Source: Octopus sinensis | Lineage: Eukaryota | Assembly (NCBI RefSeq): GCF_006345805.1 | Contig: NW_021833567.1 | Span: 1-28,376 of the forward strand | Length of the DNA stretch: 28,376 nucleotides | Direction: 5' to 3' | In this document: piece after piece, positions 21,375 to 28,376 of the stretch | Numbering within the stretch: the first letter of the stretch is position 1 | Layout of the letters: every line of letters begins with the position of its first letter | Notes under the pieces: generated by a model | The model's input: the letters and a program-made list of their open reading frames with translations, nothing else | Databases searched by the model: none | What the model was told of the DNA's origin: nothing | Position numbers and translations under genes: made by a program

Positions 21375-21583
21375 TATCTATTACACCTGTAACGGGACCT
21401 GGTGTGAGTTGTCTTGCTTGTCTGTGATTTCCAGATGTTTCAACGTCAGGTGAATTGATGAGAATATATCCTCTGACACCTACAATCACAGCCTGCCCAC
21501 AAACAGACAAAACACATGCCTTGTATATGTGTGTGTGATATTGTTTATAGCCCTCAGGCAACTTCTCATTCACATTTATTATA

Positions 21584-22485
21584 TCTCTATATATCTCTTA
21601 TTATAAAAGGCAGATTTTATCTGCCTCCCTTTGGGAGTTATACAAATCTACAATATAGGATTTCTTCAATTACAATTTACCTAGAATTTTTAAGAGTACA
21701 ATGCATCGCATCATGCCAGGTCCAGTTTTTAAAATTTAAACTCCAATTAAGCAAAATTTACAGAAAACTCACATTCTGGTGTGTGTGTCAAATGCTTTTC
21801 TTAGTCTGGTTTACACCACACGCAAACGCACACATACAGTGGGCAACGAATAAAATGAAAGTAAATAGCGACATGATTTTGAGGAAGACTAAAGTGAAAG
21901 TATTTAAACCACTACTCAAAAAATAAAAACACAGCAAACAGAAACAAATAAATACATAACCATTTACTCCTCACACAATTTCTTCAATTAGAGTTTACCT
22001 AAGATTTTCAGAGTACTTCAGTGGGTGATGCCATAAAAAATTTCTTTCAATTTTACCACCAATTAAGACAAAATTCGAGAAAACTCAATATTTTAAATCA
22101 TATCACTCACTCCGAAAGCATTGATGTACATGTGTGCGTGCGTGAGTGTGTGTGTGTCATTCCTCACACACACGCATACACATACATATACAACTACATA
22201 CAACTACATACACATACAACTACATACAAACGTGTGTGTTTGTTATTAGTAAAAAAGGCGCCAAATCACAACTCACTTATCATTCCAACACATTTGCAAA
22301 GACAAACGGACGGACAGAAAAGGTAAATTGGTTTTTATTTACTCATTTCCTATGTGTTTTCAAAATTTGTAATTCTGACAAAAAATGGATACGAATTTCA
22401 TTATATCAAGCAGCGAGTCAGAATTCGAAGGATTTTCTACTGAAGACCTTCATAAATCTAACTCTATGACTGAAAAAAAAAAGCA
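21584..22485 (+). mobile_element. Probable Helitron-like element (B), no 3' end seen
   Basis: A|TCTC..TTATAAAAGGCAGATTTTATCTGCCT 5' end with an 8-bp subterminal hairpin. Confidence 0.45.
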
Positions 22486-22874
22486 TCTTTATATAAGAGT
22501 GAAGTTGTGTCTGTCTCCTACGATTTAGATTCCTAACTACTCCCACATTTTGCGGTGCAGTTTAACCAAAAGCGGGTATCTTATAGTCGTGATTCATATC
22601 GAGCCTTCTGGGTATTAGCGTGCGTCTACGATGAGTCTACGATTTAAAAAAAAATTACCATCATATTTTTCCATTTTAATGCATTTTTTCGCTTTTATAT
22701 AAGGGAAGTAACTCTCTAAAAATATCTACGATGTGTCAACGATTTAAAAAAATTTACCTTAATTTTTTTTCAATTTTTAATGCATTTTTTTGCTATTTTT
22801 TGGCTATAACTCTCTAAAAATGCTTATATAGTTATTTCCCTTACAACCCGAGCAACGCCGGGCGATAATGCTAG
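22486..22874 (+). mobile_element. Non-autonomous Helitron (family A)
   Basis: A|TC start; CCCGAGCAACGCCGGG hairpin; CTAG|T end. Confidence 0.9.
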
Positions 22875-22875
22875 T

Positions 22876-23234
22876 ATATATATATATAAACGGCAAAATG
22901 TCAGTGTGTGTGTCCTTTATACAAATCCACAATTTTTCAGTTAGAGGGCTCGCACTTTCTACGGTCATTCAAAACCGTCCAAGGGTGGTCGTGCACATCT
23001 TTACATTTCCCCAGTCACCCCGCAAAGCCATTAAAAAATCAATAGAAGTGACCTTTTTGTGAATTTTCTATCCAAAGCCCAATCAAAATGCCTGAAACTT
23101 GATACGCCAATTGAATGCCTGCTAACTGTATGTGAGTGGTTGGAGATTTGGACATTACTCGCGTGTATGTGCGCACGCAGCTGTATATACATGCACTAGC
23201 ACTATGACCCAGTGTTGCCGGGTCATAGTGCTAG
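22876..23234 (+). mobile_element. Non-autonomous Helitron (C)
   Basis: TATATATAAACGGCAAAATGTCAGTGTGTG 5' pattern; 3' hairpin and CTAG|T at 23231-23235. Confidence 0.75.
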
Positions 23235-23251
23235 TATATCTAGATTTTGAA

Positions 23252-23259
23252 TCTATCTG

Positions 23260-23297
<38 letters not shown>

Positions 23298-23345
23298 ATC
23301 TCTATATATATATATATATATATATATCTATTATATATATATATG

Positions 23346-23376
<31 letters not shown>

Positions 23377-23405
23377 GTATATATATATATGTATATATAT
23401 ATATG

Positions 23406-23468
<63 letters not shown>

Positions 23469-23800
23469 GTATATTATATATATATATATATGTATATATA
23501 TATAGTATGTATATATATATGTATATATATATATTATAAAATCCATTCAGTCTGTCTGTGTGTGTGTGTCTTCAAGAATCTCGGGCATCCTCCATCCGAT
23601 TGCGCTCAAATTTGATATATAGATACTGACAGTATCAGGGGGTGTATAAGTCTTGAAAAAATTACAAAAATCGATTCCAGGTGAGAATGCGATCTATAAA
23701 GCCGTGGGAACGTGCATTTGTACGTGCAAGTACATCAGCTGTTGCTATCGATACCATGCGTATGCGAGAAAAATGAACATGCAGTTTCCTACATGTTTTA
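23252..23800 (+). mobile_element. Helitron-like 5' portion (D) with a long (TA)n tract
   Basis: A|TCTATC start, (TA)n, then ATAAAATCCATTCAGTCTGTCTGTGTG..CCGATTGCGCTCAAATTTG; 3' end not found. Confidence 0.5.
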
Positions 23801-24700
23801 TCGGATAGACTTATTATTGTCCCAGGTACATTCTCATAAATTCATCTGCTTTTCCATCTAGATTTACCTCCAGCTAACCCATTTGCATGCATCGTTTTTG
23901 TCCTGCTTTTCTTCTGTCAACCTGTGCATAACTGCACCTTCCATTTTTTGTTATTTTTTTCTGCTTAAAGTTACGTTTCTTTCCTGCCAAGCTTACTGTT
24001 TAAACCATGTTTGTGTTCTCCCAGTCTACAGACTTATCATTACTGGTACTTTAAACTCTTTGGTTGCATATTTGTGTGAATAAAATTGCTTTTCTTTGGC
24101 ATAGAAAAAAAGTCTATCTTTATTTCTTAGGTTAAATCAGTGTTTCTCAAAGGGGAGGACTATGGGACGGTCGGACAAGTTGTTTTGAGAAAATTTGGTT
24201 TAAATGTTTGACAACTCAGCACCGTCCATTGGATTAGGGGGCGTTTTGCTTGTATATCTTTTGAGGAAAAGAAATCGTTCAAAGGAGTGTGCTAAACATC
24301 CAATTCATTAGTACTTCAGTTGGATAGCATATAAATATTGGTATAATTCAATAATAAAGATAAATTGAATAGAGAGATATTCAATAATTTATTTATATTA
24401 TAGTATTATATTAAATATTATGTTTTTTTTTTTTTACAATCCAGCCGTCCATTCACACAGGATTTCGTCTTTCTGAACCAAGGACCCCAAAGTGACATAT
24501 ATATGACGGGACTGTGATTATGTATATCAGAAAAAATATATATGTAAGTTGAAACAATTTGTTGGCCTTTTACGGTTTTATAATTATTTATATAATATTA
24601 TATTATGTTGCATATTATATTCATAGCGTTTAATGTAATATCGTAATATAAACAAATTATTGGATTGTCAATACAATATCTCTATATTTAACTTATACAT

Positions 24701-24750
<50 letters not shown>

Positions 24751-24780
24751 TGTGTATGTATATATATATACACACACACA

Positions 24781-24987
24781 CGCCATGATGGACCGTTAGC
24801 TCCTACATGCATTTTTTCTCTCCTTGTTTCTCTCCTTGTTCTTTTCTGTGTATCTTTCTGTCAAAGAGTGTAGGCTCGAAACGTAAAAGACTTGTTTTAT
24901 TTATATTCCTGAGCGCCATACTAATACATTTGTTTGTTTGTACTCCACCTGCCTTCGTTTTTTGTTTATTTTTGTAAACCTTCCTGT
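24781..24987 (+). mobile_element. Penelope-like fragment with a degenerate hammerhead motif (24853-24890)
   Basis: TCTTT-CTGTCAAA-GAG.TGTAGG.CTC-GAAA-CGT-A-AAAGA. Confidence 0.6.
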
Positions 24988-25013
24988 TATATATACATAT
25001 ATATATATATATA

Positions 25014-25452
25014 TATTAATAAATTAAATAAAACATATGCATATATATAAACATACATGTACGTACCTACCTCTACATGTACATATACACGCATATATGA
25101 GTACAGGACACCAAAGGGACGTCGAACACAAAGAGAACGAAAACATAGACACAAACGAAAGGAACTGGACATTTTTTTAAAAAAAAAAACAAAAATGGAG
25201 TACAGGACAATTAACACAAACACAAGAAAAAAACCCTTCTTCAGTCGCTATGGTTTCTCTACTCTACGTTTCGAAGAGAAAAGCGAGACGTATCTTCGAC
25301 AAGAACTTTCCTTCCTGCGAAAAGCAAATCAATTAAATTCTGAGATCTTTTCGCAGAGGTGTAAAAAATGGTAAAAAATGGTAAAAAAACAGGACGTAAC
25401 GACAGTACAAAAAAATAAACAGTAAAAGACAGGACAGGGAAAAACAATACAC
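25014..25452 (-). mobile_element. Penelope-like fragment with a hammerhead-like motif (25260-25306)
   Basis: Minus TTC-TTGTCGAA-GA..TC-GAAA-CGT-A-GAG; 10-bp inverted repeat 25315-25324/25347-25356. Confidence 0.6.
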
Positions 25453-25462
25453 ATACATATAT

Positions 25463-25706
25463 TATCATCATCATCATTTAGCGTCCATATTCCATGCTGG
25501 CATGGGTTAGACAGTTGATTGGAACAGGTAAGCAGGAGACCTGTACCAGGCTCCAGTCTGATTTTGGCTTTGGTTTCTATGACTGGATGCCCTTCCTGAT
25601 GACAACCACTCCACAGAGTGTAGTGGGTGCCCTTTGTGTGTCACTGGTATGGGTGCCATTTGCATGACACTGGCAATGGCCATGATTACGGCTTCACTTG
25701 GCTTGA
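25463..25706 (-). mobile_element. RTE-type 3' end with (GAT)n tail, diverged
   Basis: Homology to 15364-15600. Confidence 0.8.
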
Positions 25707-25763
25707 GATAGATAGATAGACAGACACACACACACACACACACACCACATATATATATATGTA

Positions 25764-25797
<34 letters not shown>

Positions 25798-25965
25798 CAC
25801 ACACATATAAATATATATACACATATATATGTATGCATGTGTATATATATAAATATGCATACATATAGAAGACAGTTGCCCAAGGTGCCACGCAGTGGGG
25901 ATGAACCCGGAACCATGTGGTTCGTAAGCAAGCTACATACCAGACAGCCACTTCTGCGCCTATGT

Positions 25966-26037
<72 letters not shown>

Positions 26038-26330
26038 TATATACATATATATACATATACAATACATATGTATATGCATATATATTATATATATATAGAT
26101 ATATATATATATGCATATATATATATATATATATATAATATATATATATATATATAGATATACCATATAATACATAAAAAAGAGAGATACAAAAGAGAAA
26201 AGAGAGAGAGAGAGAGAGACTGTGTGCATGAGTACATGTACGTGTGTATGCGTATGTGTGTGCATGTATGTGAGTATATATATATATGCACATTTGTGCA
26301 TATGCATACACTTGCATGCGTGTGCATCTG
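25707..26330. repeat. (TA)n/(CA)n/(GA)n microsatellite field
   Basis: Direct reading. Confidence 0.9.
25865..25960 (-). mobile_element. SINE family A head fragment
   Basis: Matches the first ~95 nt of family A. Confidence 0.85.
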
Positions 26331-26635
26331 TGCGCCAACATTCAATCATTGATGATATCATTTTACTCAAATCTATATCCCTTTTTGATCGATCTCAGTA
26401 ACGAGAGCTGCGAAGGGGTCGGGAGGCGAGGTGGGGAATGCTCGCGGGGGGGGGGGGAGAAGGGCGTGCGATAGGGGACACCAAGATGTAGCATTACATA
26501 GACTGGCAGACCCCTTGTCTACGTTAGAGGGTGTAGATGGGGTGGTGGCGGTGGGTTTATGACTAAATGCATAGTATTGGTAGCTGTGAAGGTGGTGGTG
26601 GTGGTGGTGGTATTGTTGATGGTGGTGATGTCATA

Positions 26636-26928
26636 CATAAGACAGTAGTGTTGATTTGAGGGAGATTTGGCTGCTATTTCTACCAGGTCTAGCTACCAAG
26701 TAGAGGTCTCCCTCATTGGCTCATATATACATATATGCATACATAAGACAGTAGGGTGTGATTTGAGGGAGATTTGGCTGCTATTTCTACCATGTCTAGC
26801 TACCATGTCGAGGTCTCCCTCATTGGCTCATACATACATAAGTCTGTAGGGTGTGATTTGAGGGAGATTTGGCTTCTACTTCTGCCTGGTCTAGCTACCA
26901 AGTAGAGGTCTCCCTCATTGGTCCATAC

Positions 26929-26964
<36 letters not shown>

Positions 26965-27390
26965 CATACATACATAAGACAGTAGGGTGTGATTTGAGGG
27001 AGGTATGGCTGCTATCTCTACTATGTAGAGGTCTCCCTCATTGGCTCATACATACATAAGTCTGTAGGGTGTGATTTGAGGGAGATTTGGCTGCTATTCT
27101 GCCTGGTCTAGCTACCATGTAGAGGTCTCCCTCATTGGCTCATACATACATAAGAGAGTAGGGTGTGATTTGAGGGAGATTTGGCTGCTATTTCTGCCAG
27201 GTCTAGCTACCATGCAGACGTCTCCCTCATTGGCTCATACATATATACACACATAAGACAGTAAGGTGTGATTAGGGGGAGATTTGGCTGCTATTTCTAT
27301 CAGGTCTTACTACCATGCAGACGTCTCCCTCATTGGCTCATGGATAAGACAGTAAGGTGTGATTTGAAGAAGATTTGGCTGGTATTTCTG
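26636..27390. repeat. Tandem array of eight ~90-bp hairpin units with variable microsatellite spacers
   Basis: Unit starts 26636, 26742, 26837, 26973, 27055, 27149, 27252, 27343; TGAGGGAGA/TCTCCCTCA dyad in the seven complete units. Confidence 0.92.
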
Positions 27391-27769
27391 AGAACTCTAG
27401 GGACCACATAGTGGTCTCTGGACAAGTACATCTAGGATTACATTATTTAATGCACCATTTTATTTTCACAACCCATCTGGGTGGTATTGAGGGATACCTC
27501 ACTCCCATTTCTAGCATATGGGCTGGCCACATGGTGACCAATCTTATTTACACTACCAGGTGACATATGATCGAAGGCAGTCCATGTATGACCATCACTT
27601 TGTTGTACTTATAAATGCATATTTTTGCAGGCATTGTTTATCTAGGACTACATTATTTAAAGTGACCCTCCATTATTTGATTAATGAAGGAAATAGTGTT
27701 GTGATTTGAGGGGTTTTGGGGGCTGCTATGTCAAGCATGTTGGGTGGCGGTAGCTGTGGTAATGGTAGC

Positions 27770-27821
27770 ATAGTAGTACTAGTGGTGGTAGTGGTAGAAG
27801 TAGTAGTAGTAGTGATGGTGT

Positions 27822-27853
<32 letters not shown>

Positions 27854-28345
27854 ATGCTAGTAGTAGTAGTCGTTGTAGTGGTGGTAGTACTAGTAGTAAT
27901 AGTCGTAGTAATGGTTGCAGTAGTAGTAGTACTAATGGTGGTAGTAGTAGTAGTAATGGTAGTAGTAGTAGTAGTAGTCGTAGTAGTAGTCCTAGTAGTG
28001 GTGGTGGTGGTTGCAGTAGTAATATTGGTGGTAGTAGTTGTAGTAGTGGTAGTAGTACTAGTAGTAGTAGCTGTAGTAATGGTGGCGGTGGTTGTAGTAG
28101 TAGTAGTAGTAGTAGTAGTAGTAATGGTAGTAGTTGTAGTAGTCGTAGTAGTAGTGGTGGTGGTTGCAGTAGTAGTAATTGTGGTAGTAGTTGTAGTAGT
28201 GGTGGTAGTACTAGTTGTAGTAGTCGTAGTAATGGCGGTGGTGGTTGCAGTAGTAGTAGTAGTAGTAATGGTGGTGGTAGTAGTAGTAGTAGTGGAGGTG
28301 GTGGTAGTAATAGTTGTAGTAGTGGTAGTTGTGCTGGTGGTGGTG
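27770..28345. repeat. (GTA)/(GTG) compound microsatellite
   Basis: Direct reading; source of the poly-Val ORF. Confidence 0.95.
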
Positions 28346-28376
28346 ATGTGTAAAAGAAGGTACTAGAGCCATGTGG

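Noticed and set aside
24138-24340. hAT-like TIR start CAGTGTTTCTCAA
   Set aside because: No matching right-hand TIR or 8-bp TSD found
1981-25960. Minus-strand excess of retroposon insertions as evidence of host-gene direction
   Set aside because: Too few independent insertions and no established bias for these families
26700-26725. HDV-like ribozyme P3/L3 resemblance (GTC TCCCTCATT GGC)
   Set aside because: L3 is one nt too long, the conserved G is A, and no P1 3' strand followed by GG is present
26636-27390. CRISPR-like repeat-spacer appearance
   Set aside because: Repeats are ~90 bp, spacers are simple TA/CA tracts rather than unique sequences, no cas genes, eukaryotic context
374-28366. 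All ORFs in the supplied track (poly-T/V/H/Y/I/D etc.)
   Set aside because: Almost all are translations of di- and trinucleotide microsatellites or SINE bodies open on several frames and both strands; none contains a recognisable domain

Overview
Repeat-saturated eukaryotic non-coding DNA, most likely octopus (coleoid cephalopod) intronic or intergenic sequence. The taxon is inferred from SINE families and microsatellite density as I recall them, not from a database search. No protein-coding gene can be recognised: nearly all ORFs in the supplied track translate microsatellites or SINEs, and the few crossing unique sequence match no protein I know. The window holds several tRNA-derived SINE families (CORE-like, Meta-like, V-like), RTE-type 3' tails, non-autonomous Helitron/HINE-like elements, piggyBac-type MITEs, Penelope-like fragments and large (CA), (TA), (GTA), (GTG), (GAT) and (AAT) tracts, separated by short unique islands that carry splice-like signals. 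Most notable: (1) a type-I hammerhead ribozyme candidate with an intact core at 16175-16240 (-), plus hammerhead-like motifs with a shared A6->U change in two convergent Penelope-like fragments; (2) SINE dimers enclosed by single TSDs; (3) inverted microsatellite arms around unique islands; (4) a head-to-tail Helitron train containing a promoter-like stretch and an acidic FxGF peptide; (5) a hairpin-unit tandem array with microsatellite spacers; (6) a chimeric MITE triplication; (7) frame-preserving microexon candidates, which are speculative.
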